From Azolla caroliniana (lineage: Eukaryota; Plantae; Polypodiophyta), in NCBI GenBank assembly GCA_043228905.1, contig JBHGNT010000006.1:21266001-21330000 (forward strand): 64,000 nucleotides of DNA, in the 5' to 3' direction. This document shows positions 12,437 through 26,240 of the stretch, in pieces. Within the stretch, counting starts at the first letter, position 1. Each line of letters begins with the position of its first letter. The notes under the pieces were generated by a model, which had not been told where the DNA came from, made no database searches, and saw only the letters and a program-made list of their open reading frames with translations. Made by a program: the position numbers and the translations under genes.

Positions 12437-15400
12437 GAGGTCGTTGCCTCTGTTGTAACCGCCGCCTGTGTCGAAGATCGTGACCACGAGGTCGTTGCCT
12501 CCGTGAGCTCACTATTGTAATCATTGTGATATAGTGATTGTTTGGAGTCTGTGGACTCCCGTGGTTTTTCCCTCTCAGGGTTTTCCACATTAAACATCCT
12601 GTGTACTCTTCTCTCCTTTGTGTCGTGCATTCATTACCCATTTTTTCTGTGTATGATTCTAACCTCGGTTGTGGCCGAGCGTTGCGCATAGGGAGCGTGT
12701 AGTTCCTGTCAAGTGGTATCAGAGCGAGGCAACACAGAAAAATGGACGATTCGTTGGGAGGCATGTTCAAGCTCACCGGCTCCAACTATTCCGTGTGGAA
12801 GTCGAAGATGAGGGACATGCTCGTGGTTAAAGATCTTTGGTTTCCGGTTTAGTTTGGGGACAAGAGACCGGACAAAATCAACGCCACGATATGGGAGGTG
12901 ATGCACATGAAGACAACGGCGTACATACGGTGCTTCATCGACATGAGCCTTTACAACAACTTCAATGAAGAGAGCAAGGCTCATGAGCTTTGCGAGAAGA
13001 TCGACATTATGTTTTAGAACAAAAATGTTGTTAACCAGGTTTCGGTATTCCCGAAGCTAGTAAGACTCCGGAACCAAGATGGCTCCAGCATGGCGGAGCA
13101 CATGAATGCCTTCCAGGGGCTGATACACCAGGCAACATCATTGGAAGTACCTCTCGCTGATGAGGTACTAGCGTTATTCCTGCTCGGTTCCCTCCCGAAT
13201 AGCTGGGAGACGTTGGTTGTCACTTTGGGCAACGCCGGGCCGAAGGGAAACAGTTATCCCTAGCAAGAGTGAAGTTGAGCTTGCTAGATGAGGAGGCGTG
13301 TCGGAAAGATAAGGACACAAGCTCCAACTCCAAAGTGCTCCTTACCGAATTGGAACGCGGAAGACACAGGAACCGTAGCCCCCAGAACCGGGAAAAGTCG
13401 GGGACATGGTCAAAGTCAAGGGGGAGACCTACTTGCTTCTATTGCGGCAAGCCGGGTCACTTCCAGAAGAACTGTCGGCATTTCCGAAAAGAGAAGGAAA
13501 CCGGCGGTACCGATTCGAAGTGGACACCGGACTGGAACAGTAAAGACCGCAGGGGAACGGACCGGAAGGGAACGACGGCAATCGCGGCAAGTGAAGAAGA
13601 GTTGATGCTCATCACCGAGGAGAGTGAGAAAAACCTTGCCGGCGACGAGATGACCTGGGTGGTCGACTCGGGAGCGTCGTTCCACCTTACCCCGGATCAG
13701 AAATGCTTCTCATCCTACTCAGTCGGTGATCACGGTTGTGTCCGGATGGGGAATGAAGGTACATGCCGAATTGTCGGCATAGGACACGTGTGGCTGACAA
13801 CACCAACCGGATGCAAGCTGCTGCTGAAGGATGTCCGACACATTCCGGAGGTTCGTTTGAACCTGATATTAGCCAGTTGGCTAGATAATGAAGGCTACAT
13901 GGGTAGCATCCGGAACGGTGTAATGAAGTTCAGCAAAAGGAGCCTGATTGTGGCTTGGGCCCGGAAGGTAAACACACTGTACCTGATGAATGCCCAGTTA
14001 TGCCCAGAGGAAGTGAACATGGCATCCGACACTGCCGGTGAGTTGTGGCAGAAGAGGCTGTATCACATGAGCGAGAAGGGGATGATGAGGCTTGCAGACG
14101 ACAACCTCACTCCAATGAAGAACGTGCACTTGGAGAAGTGCATTGATTGTCTGGCCGGTAAGCAAAACTGGACCTACTTCCGACCAAGGCAACTGATGAG
14201 ACGTAATGCACCACTGGAGTTAGTACATACTGACGTGTGTCAAGTGGACACGAAGTCACATGCAGGATCGCAGTACTTCGTGACGTTCATAGATGACCAC
14301 AGCCGGAAGCTATGGGCCACACCGTCGAAGAAGAAGGATCAGGCGTTATCCGTCTTCAAAGAGCTCCACGCGAGAGTGGAAAGAGAAACCGGCCGGAAGC
14401 TGAAGGCGGTTCAAGCAGATAACGGAGGTGAATACCGGGGGCATTTCGAGGAGTACTGTCGCTTGAAGGGAATCCAGCTCGAATTTACCGTGCCAAAGAC
14501 GCCGGAACTAAACGGGTTGGCCGAGAGGATGAACTGGACCATAATGGAGAGGGTTCGGAGTATGCTGGCACATGCAAAACTACCCAAGATGTTTTGGGCT
14601 GAGACACTATCGATGGCGACTAATGTGATAAACAGATCACCCTCAGTACCCTTGGACGGAGACACGCCGCAGAGAGTGTGGACCAGTAAGGAAGTGTCTT
14701 ACCAGCATCTGAAGGTGTTCGGGTGTCTCGCGTACGTGCATGTAGCTAAGGACCGGAGAGGAAAGTTAGATCCAAAGACCCGGCCATGCATATACCTCGG
14801 TTACAGCGACGATGAGTTCGGCTACCGAGTGTGGGACCTGGTCATAAAGAAGGTAATCCGGAGTCGAGATATTATCTTCATGGAGGAAAAGATGCTCGCC
14901 GACTGGGAGTCGAAGAAGAAGATAATGAACTCCGAGTCGACCGGTAAGGATCGATTCTACGATGAGCAGACCCAACCGGCAAGAGACCGGTTAACACTCG
15001 AGGAACCAGTTGGTTACAGTGAGGATACCGAACTGGTAGAAGAAGAAGTAGAGGAAGCTGAAACCGGAACCGGCCAAGACCCCGAATCGGATTCGGATGA
15101 AGAGAAAATGGAGGAGCCGGTTACCGAAGCCCAGAGACGGAGATATCCTCTCAAAGAGAGAAGGGCCTCCCGGAGATTTCCGGATGCAAAGCATGTAAAG
15201 CTGACCGATGAGGAGGAGCCAAAAAGCTTCGAGGAAGCTAACAGTGACGCCCATAGCCGCAAATGGTTAAGTGCCATGCAGGATGAGATTGATTCCCTAC
15301 ATGAGAACCATACGTATGAATTGGTGGAGTTGCCGAAAGGAAAGAGGGCACTCCGAAACAAGTGGGTGTACAAGTTGAAACCGGGAGATGCCGGCAACCC

Positions 15401-17535
15401 CCCGAGATACAAAGCCAGGATCGTGGTCAAGGGGTTCCAGCAGAAGAAGGGCGTGGACTTCGACGAGATATTTGCGTCGGTAGTAAAGATGACCTCCATC
15501 CGGATAGTGCTAAGTATACTAAGTATAGCGCCAAGCATGAACCTCGAGGTAGAGCAGCTGGACGTGAAGACGACATTCCTTCACGGTGACCTCGAAGAGG
15601 AGATCTACATGCAGCAACCAGAAGGATTCGTGGAGAAAGAGAAGGAGTACCTAGTATGCCGGTTGAAGAAGAGCCTATACGGACTGAACCTGGCTCCCCG
15701 ACAATGGTACTGGAAGTTCGACTCTTTCATGACCGATCCAGGGTACCACAAGACGCAGGCCGATCACTGCGTGTTTGTGAAGAAGTTCGAAGGAGGCGAC
15801 TTCCTGATACTCCTTTTGTATGTGGACAACATGTTGATCATCGGACGGGACCAAGCCAAAATACGGATGCTGAAGAAGGCTCTCAACTGGACCTTCTCAA
15901 TGAAAGACTTGGGTCTGGCAAGACAGATGTTGGGGATGCATATCATCCGGAACCGGCCAACGAAGCAATTGTGGCTATCACAGGAGAAGTACGTGACAAA
16001 GGTGCTTCACCAGTTCAACATGTCAGATGCGAAACCGGTCAGATCAACATTTCCAGCAAACTGCAGGTTATCCGGTAACCAAAGCCCGAAGACGAAATCA
16101 GAGAAGGTGGATATGATGAAGGTTCCATATGCCTCTGCCGTCGAGAGCTTAATGTACGCAATGGTGTGTACCTGACCAGATATAGGATACGCAGTCGAAG
16201 TGGTGAGCCGGTTTATGAGCAATCCCGGCAAGGAGCACTGGAACATGGTCCAATGGATACTCCGGTACTTGAAGGGCATTTCAAATATATGTCTCCGATT
16301 CGGTTCCGGAAAACCTCAACTTGACGGTTTTACCGATTCGGACATGTCGGCTGATGTGGATACCAGGGGGTCTACATCTGGATATTTAATGACATATGCA
16401 GGGGGAGTTGTTTCGTGGCAGTCGAGGCTGCAGAAGACGGTTGTGTTTTCAACCACGGAGGCGGAGTACATGGCGGCTATGGAAGCCGGCAAGGAAATAT
16501 TATGGATGAAGGACTTCATCGGAGAGCTCGGTATCCGGCAAGATGAATACCGGCTCTATTCCGACAGTCAAAGTGCCATCCACCTTGCTAAGAATGCGGC
16601 CTACCATTCCTAACGAAGCATATCCAATGTAGGTATCACTGGATCCGGGAAAGAGTAGATGACCAGGAGTTCGCGCTGACGAAGATCCACACGGCCGAGA
16701 ACGGGTCAGATATGCTAACCAAAGTACTCAGACCTGACAAGCTGGATGCATGGCGGAAGCGGGTCGGACTACTAAGACATCCCATGCCTGAGTGAAGGGG
16801 GAGTTTGTTGGGAAACAAGTCCTTCCGGATGGGATGACCCGGTGAGAACCAGATGAGGAGTACCTGGAAACGGAAGACCCGGTAAGAACCGGATGATGAG
16901 TACCCGAAAAGAGCCGGATGGTGAAGACCCGGTGAGAACCGGATGTGAAGTACCCGGAAACGAAAGACCCGGTGAGAACCGGATGAGGAGTACCCGGAAA
17001 CGGAAGACCCGATGAGAACCGGATGACAAGTGCCCGCCAAGGGCCGGATGATGCAGGCCCGGTGAGGAGTGCTCACCGGATGAAGGGACATATTTGTAAA
17101 TATGTTTCTGAGAGTCCATTGGGGCTATATTTGTAAATAGCCGAAAAGCGATATTAGTATAAATATGAGTTAGGGCAAACTTAGTGTGTGGTTGTCATTC
17201 TTGTTGGCGCAAGACTAGAGAGCGCGTAACAGTGTACATAGAGAGAGAGAGAGAGAGGAAGAGGTCGTTGCCTCTGTTGTAACCGCCGCTTGTGGCGAAG
17301 ATCGTGAGCACGAGGTCGTTGCCTCCGTGAGCTCACTATTGTAATCATTGTGATATATTGATAGTTTGGAGTCTATGGACTCCCGTGGTTTTTCCCTCTC
17401 AGGGTTTTCCACATTAAACATCCTGTGTACTCCTCTCTCCTTTGTGTCGTGCATTCAGTACCTGTTTTTTCTGTGTATGATTCTAAGCTCGGTTGTGGCC
17501 GAGCGTTGCGCATAGGGAGCGTGTAGTCCCTGTTA
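12124..17535 (+). mobile_element. Element D: full-length Ty1/copia (Tnt1/Tork-like)
   Basis: LTRs 12124-12711 and 16806-17535, PBS TGGTATCAGAGC 12714-12725, PPT GAGTGAAGGGGGAG, TSD aatat/aatat. Confidence 0.95.
12742..16791 (+). pseudogene. Copia D gag-pol (968-aa open stretch 13269-16175; stops in gag and RH)
   Basis: CFYCGKPGHFQKNC, WVVDSGASFH, ELVHTDVC, PELNGLAER, QLDVKTTFLHG, YVDN (YVDD altered), FTDSDM. Confidence 0.95.
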
Positions 17536-17795
17536 AATATGACATTAGGACTATTTACAGATATAGCCCCAATGGGCTCTCAAAAACATATCTACATATA
17601 TGTCCCTTCATCCGGTGAGAGGTTCTGACCGGGCCTGCAACATCCGGTTCTCACCAGGTCTTCCTTGCCGAGTATTCGTCATCCGGTTCTCACCGGGTTT
17701 GCATCATCCGGTTCTGGGTACTCCGCATCCAGTTCTCACAGGGTCTTCCAATGTCGGGCCTTTGTATCACATTCGAAGGGACCGAGATCCTAACA

Positions 17796-20282
17796 GAACG
17801 GTACGCTGCGCTTCATCCAGGATCTACAACCAGTCAATAAAGTGACCATCTGCAATACGGGAGTCGGACCGTCGATAGATGAGTTCATGGAAGCCTTCAC
17901 CGGAAGGTCCAGTCCATATACTCGGTCGGAGACCTATACTCTGGGTACGACCAATTCCAGCTAGCCGTAGAAAGCAGGGACATCACGACGATGCGAACCC
18001 CTCTTGGCCTTGTTTGGATGTGCACCCTACCGTAGGGAGGAACCAACTCGGTGGCCCACATGGTGAACGCAATGAACAAAGTTCAGAGGGACTGCATCCC
18101 GGACATCACCATGTCATTCCTGGACGATATCCCTATAAAGGGATGTCCGGAGGACACGAAGGATGAATTGATCGGAGCGGACGGGTGCCGAAGGTTTGTC
18201 GCAGACCACATCTCCGACTGTGAGAAGATACTGTAGAGGTTCGAGGGCACGCGACTTACCTTCTCTGGGAGAAGTCGGCCTTCGGACAACCATAGATCTT
18301 AGTGGTTGGCCACTTGTGTGGGTTGTATGGCTGGAAGCCATCCCCATCCAAGGTAGATGCCATCGCGGCAATGAATGAGGAATGTGAATCCATGATGGAG
18401 GTCCGGCGTTCTTGGGAGCATGCGCTTTCTACCACATATGGGTCCCTTATTATGCGCACATCGCCGAACCACTCTACAGCCTGCTTAAGAAGAGCCGGAA
18501 ATTCGAATGGGTAGAAGAACATACAAAGGCGGTCCAAAGGCTAAAACGAACGCTTACCGTAGCACTGGCTTTGCGCAAGGCAATATACACACCGGGAACT
18601 CCGGCTTACATCACGGTGGACACCAGCCCGACTGGAATTGGGTGGGTTGTAAATCAGGAGGACGAAGACGGCACGCGCTTCCCTATCCAGTTCGGTGCGA
18701 ATGTATTGAGCAAGAGACAACGAGGATACGCCCAAGTCAAGCGCGAACTATGGGGTATCATTTCGACGGTTAAGGTCGACAAGGACTACTTAATCGGGAC
18801 AGAAGTAATCATAGAAATGGACTGCCTGCCAATTGTCGGTATGGTCTCTGGATGCGCAAGTCCCGACCTGGCCATGCTTAGGTGGATTGCATACATCAAG
18901 TCCTTGAACCCAGAGATACGACACATCTCGGGAAAGGGCAACGCCATGGACGATATGCTTTCCAGAGTGAGGTTCGAGAATGAGGACGGCATGGTATCGG
19001 AAGACGAAGAAGTCGGCGCAGACTTCAGATTCAAATCGGCGAGGACAAGGGTAAAAAGGCGAACCACTCTGCCCTTGAACGAGTTCGATGAGGACGACTA
19101 CAATGGGGAGTGGCTTCTAATTGGGATATTCCTAAGAACAATGACAGTGGACGCCTCGATGACTAGGGAAGAAGCAGGTCAGCTCCGGAAAAAAGCAAAC
19201 TGATACTTCCTGCGGAACGGGAAAATCTGGAGGCTCCCGAAGAGGTGAAATGATGTGCCACTCCGGGTAATGGCGCAGGCGGAGGATCAAGGGATACTAA
19301 TGTCAGAATTCCACAAAAGCCCTTGGGCCGGGCACCGGGGTACATGGGGCATGTTCGAGAAGCTAAAGGAGAAATACTAGTGGCCAGGCATATATAAGAG
19401 TGTGCACGACTTCGTGTCAACGTGCGAAAATTGCCAGATGCACTCGGTGGTTCGACACTGCGATGAACTGCACCCAACATACCCACCGACCGTGCACTTC
19501 AAGTGGATGGTCGACTTAGTGACGATGCCGATGGGAGAAGGCCAGAAGTGATACCTGGTGTTGGCAAGGGAAGACCTAACGAACCAGGTGGAGGGCCGAG
19601 CATTGACAAACAAGACCATCGCGGTGGTGTGCAAGTTTCTTATCGAGGATGTCATATGCTGGTATAGGTGCGTGGGAAAGATTGTGGCTGACCGAGGGGA
19701 GCTAGATGCAGAGGAGGCCGTGGAACTGTTCGACTGGTTAGGCGTAAAACATTCCCTCACAATGGTGTACAACTTGGAAGCAAATGAAAAGATTGAGCGG
19801 GGCCACGGTCTGATCGTAATTGCCATTGTGCGCGCGTGCGAAGGACGAGTCGGCGACTAGCCGAGGTTGCTCCCTTACGTGCTATAGGCGGACAAGACTA
19901 CCCACAATTCGGTGACAGGGTACATGCCGGCGGAACTTATGTATGGACAGAAACCCATCATGACAGTGGAGCGGACGATCGCCTCCTGGATGGCGATCGA
20001 TTGGGCTAACGAAATGATTCAAGAAGAGTTGCTTGTAGCACGTATCCGACAACTCGAGCGAAGGCCGAAGGACGTGGAATGGGTCACGCCAAGGGTGAAA
20101 GAAGCGAGAATCCGAAACAAGGCCAAGTTTGACCGAACACACCGGCTTTGGTTGAAGAAGATCGAGGAAGGAGATTGGGTATTAGTTTATGATAGCAGCC
20201 TCGACAACCAACATCGGACTACGCATAAGTTCGCAAAATGGTGGTTTGGGTCATACGTGGTAATCAACGTCAAAGACAACGT
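17796..20282 (+). pseudogene. pol: Element A RT, RNase H and integrase
   Basis: FLDDIP, TVDTSPTG, WIAYIKSL, HRG...CENC zinc finger, ADRGELD, KIERGH; many stops. Confidence 0.9.
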
Positions 20283-21000
20283 TGTCATGAAGATTTTCAG
20301 CAACGGTGTGAAAATTGTGTGCAACGAACGAAATTGAGAAGGTGTAATGTGCACGTGTGAAAGGGGAGAAGACCACATGCATATGCTAGCATGTTGTAAA
20401 TAGGACTGAAATGAGAATCGTAAAAGAAAGGCTAGATGTAAAGTTAAAACATGTGCACATGTGATGTGCGCTCAATTGTAAATATAAAAATAAGACTAAA
20501 GCCTACTAACATTTAAAGTGCATACATAGGTGTGGAAGCAAGGCTTGAACCTTGCACCTCCAAGATAGGAAACAAATTAACTTACCACTAAAGCCACTAC
20601 TGAGTGCTTTAGAATTTGTACATTTTCTTTTCATATTCAGTATTTGGTAGGAAGCAAACATATAGAAAATATGGGCACAAAACCATGGTTTTAGCCCGTG
20701 GGTTTAGCCCATGACATTTGCATGGAGAGACCTATAAAAGCCTATAGTTGGGCTTGTGTAAGGGAGGCAAGTGATGTAAGTAAAAAAGAAACTTTTAATC
20801 AAAGATCTGAGTTATCCTAATGGTGATGTATCTTGTCTCGTAAAACTCAAGTCAAGGGTTCAATCTCAATCTCAATCTCTCTCTCCATCTATCTATCTTC
20901 AATACTTTCTCGCTTATGCTGCTAGAAACATCGAATCCTTCCGGTCCAGGACCCCGGTGGTCCCATTTCATTTCGTGAACACGCGAGGATTTCCTCGACA
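20283..21000 (+). repeat. Element E: solo LTR of the Trp-primed gypsy family, related to the J LTR
   Basis: TGTCATGAAGATTTTC...CCTCGACA, TSD acgt/acgc, integrase of A continues in register after it. Confidence 0.88.
20534..20600 (-). promoter_or_regulatory. tRNA-like Pol III A/B-box cassette inside LTR E
   Basis: Minus strand TGGCTTTAGTGG (A box) ... GGTTCAAGCC (B box); homologous to 56385-56452. Confidence 0.55.
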
Positions 21001-21096
21001 ACGCGACGTATCATCTCGTTGAGCTCAATGGGACTCGAATGACAACACCAGTGTCCGGGAAGTGGATAAAGGCCTTCAAGAGGTGGAACGAGACCC

Positions 21097-23808
21097 AGCG
21101 GTGGGAGCTTCGGCACCCAATCCACTCCCATATTGTATCCACTTCAGCAACTCCCTCTATCCAACCACATCCACCTATGGCAAGCAATGCCACTCCTTTT
21201 GGTAATCCGCATCCAAACCTGCATAAACCACCAAACATACATTATCAGCAACATTACAACTATGGCTTCCCTCAGCAACCTCCAACGTGGACACACAATA
21301 ATTTCCCCCCTGTACACATACCCCATTTTGCACATGAGTATGGATATGTCTCTAACAGCCATCTCATACCCAAATTTATATTCCCCACCCCCTTTATTTC
21401 ACCGGAAGTTCTGTCCGGGATTGCACACGGCAGCCGACAGACGCCCATGCTACCTCCTCTCCTTCCATCTCCCCCTATTGTAACAGGGTTTCAAAACCCT
21501 AATTCCCATATCTTCCCCCCTCACATTCAAACTCACAAACTATACCCCTTACACTCTCTCCCCCCGTTTATAGATACCCCCTCTTTCGTTTCTTCAAATT
21601 ACACATATACCCCTCCACCTATTTGCACTAATTTTTCGTGTACCCCTCCCCCGCATTTTACTTATACCCTCCCCCCTGACTTACCCAATTCATCTAATAC
21701 CCTTCCCCCTACTTCCTCTATTATCCCTCCCCCATATTTCTCTAATTCCTCTATTAATCCTCCCCCTTCTTTCTTAATACATAATACCCTCCCCCCTCCA
21801 AAAATTAATACCACACCCTATCCTTTTAATAATGTTAACACTATCCCTACCCCTCCAAAAAATATTACTACATCATATCCTCACATAAATCATAGGCCTC
21901 ATAATAGACACCATAATACACAAAATCATTCACATACCCCCTCCTCAAACGCTCCAATAGCCTGACCAAAAAACATCTAACACAGCATTTTAAATGTGTG
22001 AATAGACACTTTAGACACGCCATACATCCTAGAAAACGAATCTTCTACCTTCTCAATAGACAAACCTCAACCCCTGACACATTTATGTGGTTGGGGAATA
22101 CTAATAAGTAAAAAATTCATGTTTTACCCTACCTCTAAGAAAACCCGTAGGAATAGACCTAGGACTAAATTTTGGAAACCTTTAGATTATACCCCTCGTA
22201 CTAGCCTTAGTCTACATAACTTGTCCACTTACACACTTAGTAAAAACGAAACACAACTATTAAACTTAGGACTAAAATACATCCCCCCTTCCCCCCACCC
22301 TCCCCTCAAAACATCCTTAAAGAATATACCAACCTTAGTAGATCACTACGCTTTAGACGCTTCTTTAGAAATAGTGATACAACCCCACATAATCCCTTTA
22401 AATTACCTAACCCCAACTGGAACCCTCCATCTAAATACCTTCCCTTAGAAACCCTTATTGAAAAATACAATAGTATCCTACAAGAACAGCTACTAAACAC
22501 TAAAATTAAGTATGTTAAACCCCCATACCACCTTCTCTTAGCCCTCAATAGCCTTAAGAGAAATACTAAAATCCTTATCTTACCCGTTGATAATAATATA
22601 GGAGTTTGTGTCTTAGATAGAGACCTATATTATACTAAAGCTATAACCCATCTCTCAGATACCACCACTTACAAACTAGTGACCCACTTTCCATTTGAAG
22701 AACTCTTAGATCGATTAAATACTATAGTTAGAAATAATCTAGGAACCCTCTCTATATTAGAAGCCAACTACATTCTCTACAAACCACCCCAAGGTTATAG
22801 AGTAGCTAATATCTACTTTCTCCCCAAAATTCATAAGTCACCTTTTGGATTTAGACCTATATGTTCATGTAACAACTCCATCTTTGAACAAACATCGAAA
22901 TGGTTACATTATCAACTCCTACCTATCCTATTAACTCAAAAGCAATATCTAAAAGATTCTCACTCCCTCATCCAAACCTTAGAAAATCTAAACCCTCCCC
23001 CAAATAGTTTCATTTTTACCTTTAATGTTGAGTCTCTCTATCCTAGCATCCTACCTAAATTAGGACTCGAAACCCTTAGGAATATTATCTCCCCTCATTT
23101 CTCAATAAATAAGACAAATCTTATATATAACCTTAGCACCCTAACCTTAGAATATCATTTCCTAACTTTTGACAGTCAAATCTACCAACAGATTAAGGGC
23201 ACTGCCATGGGTAGCAACTTCTCTGTTGTATACACTTGTCTCTTCCTATCACACTTAGAAAATTCTCATCCTTCCCCCCACCTCTTCTACGTCACTAGGT
23301 ATATAGATGATGCCTTTGGAGTATGGACATGCACCAAACCTCAACTTTTAGACTTCCTAAAATTCTATGGTGACACCACCAATAATTCTATTAGACTCAC
23401 CATACAAACCTCTCCGACTAGGCTTCCCTTTCTAGATATATGGATCAACCTCACCGTACAAACCTCTTCGACTAGGCTTCCCTTTCTAGATATATGGATC
23501 AACCTTCTTAATAACAAATTCTCCTTGAACTGCTTTCAAAAGTCCCTTAATACCTATCAATACCTTCCTTTTTCATCTAACCATCCTCTCCACGTAAAGC
23601 ATAGCTTCATATCTAACGAGCACAAAAGATACCTCATTAGAGAAAGCACGCCCTTAGGCTATTCTAATATGAGAAACTTATTTTTTCGTAGGCTTACTAA
23701 AAGAGGATACCCACCCTATTTTACCCTTAGGAACTTTAGGAAATACCCTTATTCTCTCAGACAAACACTCCTTTTTAAGCATAAAACTAAAGCTTCTCTT
23801 ACCCCAAC
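21097..23808 (+). mobile_element. Penelope-like element (PLE), 5' part: proline-rich region and RT
   Basis: PLE RT motifs YFLPKIHK, RPICS, FNVESLYPSI, YQQIKGTAMGS, RYIDD, LPFLD, YLPFSSNHP; strongly G-poor coding strand. Confidence 0.88.
22119..23808 (+). pseudogene. Penelope-type reverse transcriptase (frameshifted, cut by G)
   Basis: NLSTYTLS...LLNLGLKYIP N-terminal motif plus RT core in ORF 22679-23830. Confidence 0.88.
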
Positions 23809-24534
23809 TGTTACGGGAATGACCATATAATATCCTGTGGTGAGAATTTACTGTAGTATTCTATACACGTGGATAAGTGTGAGGGTTAAATGATAGTTTA
23901 AAGAAGGGGAGGATTACTTTTAATTCTCGGGATTGAGACAATCCATTAGGCCAAGTGTGAACTTGCCTAGGGGCCTTAGGTATTGCTATAAATAAGAGGC
24001 CTAGTTACCCTCATTTGAGCATCTTGTTGACTACGTTGAGACTCTATCTTGTGGTGGGTCAACTCTTGTAGCCAGTGCGCCAGCACCAAGTACGACTCGA
24101 CGCCACAATGGTGGTATGGGACGCCGATCGAGGCTCAAGTCCATCTCGATCCCTTCACTCGGGGGTGGTCGGGTGGATCGACACCCTTCTTTCTCTCTCT
24201 CCTTTCTATCTGTCTATCTATCTATATTCTATCCTTATCTAAGGCTTACATTAGTACATGTCTCTAACAATTGGTATCAGAGCTCATTTTCTAATGTTTC
24301 TTTTGTTGTCTTTTGTGTTCTTGATTGATGGCGATCGATCTACGTGCGGTATGTGCGGTCGGCCTTCATGCAAACAAGGATCAACAAAGGAACTTCGGTA
24401 ATCTTTTTTTTTTGTGTGTATTTTTTCTTCTCCCATCTAATCATGTGTATGGTTAATATGTAGATTTTTTTCATTAATTCAATGATGTTGTAGTGGTGAT
24501 TCATTGGTTGTATAAAACGTTTACATATGTGTAT

Positions 24535-24754
24535 GAGGTCAATACCTCATTTGACGTATATTGAATATGTGATGAGTGTCGTATGTGCATGAGGTTAATA
24601 CCTCAATTGCGTATTACGTTCACAAACATATGTTACGTTTGCGTATGAGGTCAATACCTCGATTTGTTGTAAATGATATGAGTTTGGTCTCGTATGCGTA
24701 AGAGGTCAATACCTCAATTGTGTAATATCTCGTGTGCGTAGAGGTATATGCCTC
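24535..24754. repeat. Array of palindromic GAGGT-N4-ACCTC motifs in the G 5' UTR
   Basis: Copies at 24535, 24591, 24647, 24702 and a variant at 24741. Confidence 0.8.
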
Positions 24755-25875
24755 GATTACGTAATTTTTGGCTATTAAATATAACAATTTGTTTAATATA
24801 GGCATATGTTGTCACGTTTATACATAGTTGATCATATATATGTGATAATATACATATGTGTATATAAGTTATTACGTGATTTTAAATCGAAGGTTTTCCT
24901 TTTCGGGGAAAGGATCTTGATGGCCGTCCTCACATTTTTGTGAGAATAGTGTTGTCACCATCCCTTTTTTCAACAATAAAAAATTGTTGAACACCCCATT
25001 GGTGACTTCGATATTTCGTTACGTAAAGAAACGCCTATAGCCATAATGATGTTGAGTACGTAGGGCTTGACCAACTTCATGTGAGGTCGCTCCTATGACA
25101 CACGTATCCAACATCCCTCCCTCATTACATGGATACGATGCCACCATGAGATCATTCTTACGAGAGACATTCGTAATGACGTGACCATGTGATGCGCCAC
25201 GTGGACCTACTACGAAAAGAGGGCTCATTTGGCTTGACCATTAGGTTGCACTTTGGCGTATGCCATCGTAATTACGAGACTTGAGGTTAGGTAACGTACC
25301 AACATAGTTGTAGTAAATGAGGGCGAAATAAGGACTCTTGACATATATGTTTCTTTTAGAAAAACATATATGGGCAAATGCCTCGCATATCTCTTATACG
25401 CATGAAACATTAAACATTCAAGAAGAGCAACCTACTTGGTTGGCTGAATTGTTTAATGTATTTGTTCTCAAGGTCTCGAGTTCAAATATGACCAAGACCA
25501 TACAACATCGTTGATACATATGACTATAACACATGTTTAGACTTGAGGTCTAACTGCACTTAAAGAGCCGAAACCACATATGTGGGCACGGAAACATAGT
25601 TTATTGTTAACATTTTTTTTGTGTATAAACTACTCATGACGCGAACATACATGGTTGAGCCTCGGGGAGCCGCCATGAAAAAATCGATATAGAGATCAAG
25701 GAAAGACATTAATTTGTCACCCCCATGGTTGAACCTCATCTCATACGTCTAGAGGGGTATTGACGTGAGATCATGATATCGATTAATGTTTGCCCATGAT
25801 ATGTTTACATCACGACATGATGTTAACACTATTTGTCTGACCTTATCCTATTTCTTTGCCAGAAATAATCATTTA

Positions 25876-26240
25876 ATGGCTCAAAATAACGACCCGATGT
25901 TATCCGCTCAAGCGAAAGGAACTCAAGGAAATCCTCCTGGACAAATGTCCATTGAGATGTATTTTTCGCAAATAACCCAATACCTTAGTTTCACCGCTCA
26001 AAAGATGACCGGACTTCGGCAATCTCAAAGTGCTCTCAAGGCACGTGTCATTAGTTTACAACGTGAGACTAATAGACTTGATGAGCGACAGGGTGTACCA
26101 TCGTTTGTCGTTAAGCCATTTACGGGAGAAAAAAAGGAAAGAACCGAAGAAGCGATCTGCACGTGGTTGGGCCGATGGGAGTCTCATTTTGACCTCTATC
26201 CCACGCCAGATAGTACGAAGATTGCATATGTTGGCCGAGA
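25876..26240 (+). pseudogene. gag: G gag N-terminal part
   Basis: KPFTGEK...WLGRWESHF...KIAYVGR; continues after ~31199 as GKAAA*WRGL. Confidence 0.75.

Larger units (their letters stand above)
11733..17795 (-). repeat. Inverted copia-type solo LTR (11733-12123 plus 17541-17795), split by D
   Basis: Reverse complement resembles D LTR; TG...CA ends; 5-bp TSD gaatg (11728-11732) / gaacg (17796-17800). Confidence 0.85.

Noticed and set aside
21039-21965. Host extensin-like proline-rich gene
   Set aside because: ORF starts in the gypsy integrase tail and continues into C-rich PLE sequence; no signal peptide or SP4 repeats
24535-24754. CRISPR-like repeat-spacer array
   Set aside because: Eukaryotic retroelement leader, repeat only 14 bp, spacers related to each other, no cas genes
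25430-25500. Possible A/B-box SINE head in the G leader (TGGCTGAATTG...GAGTTCAAAT)
   Set aside because: Boxes degenerate, single copy, no tail or TSD visible
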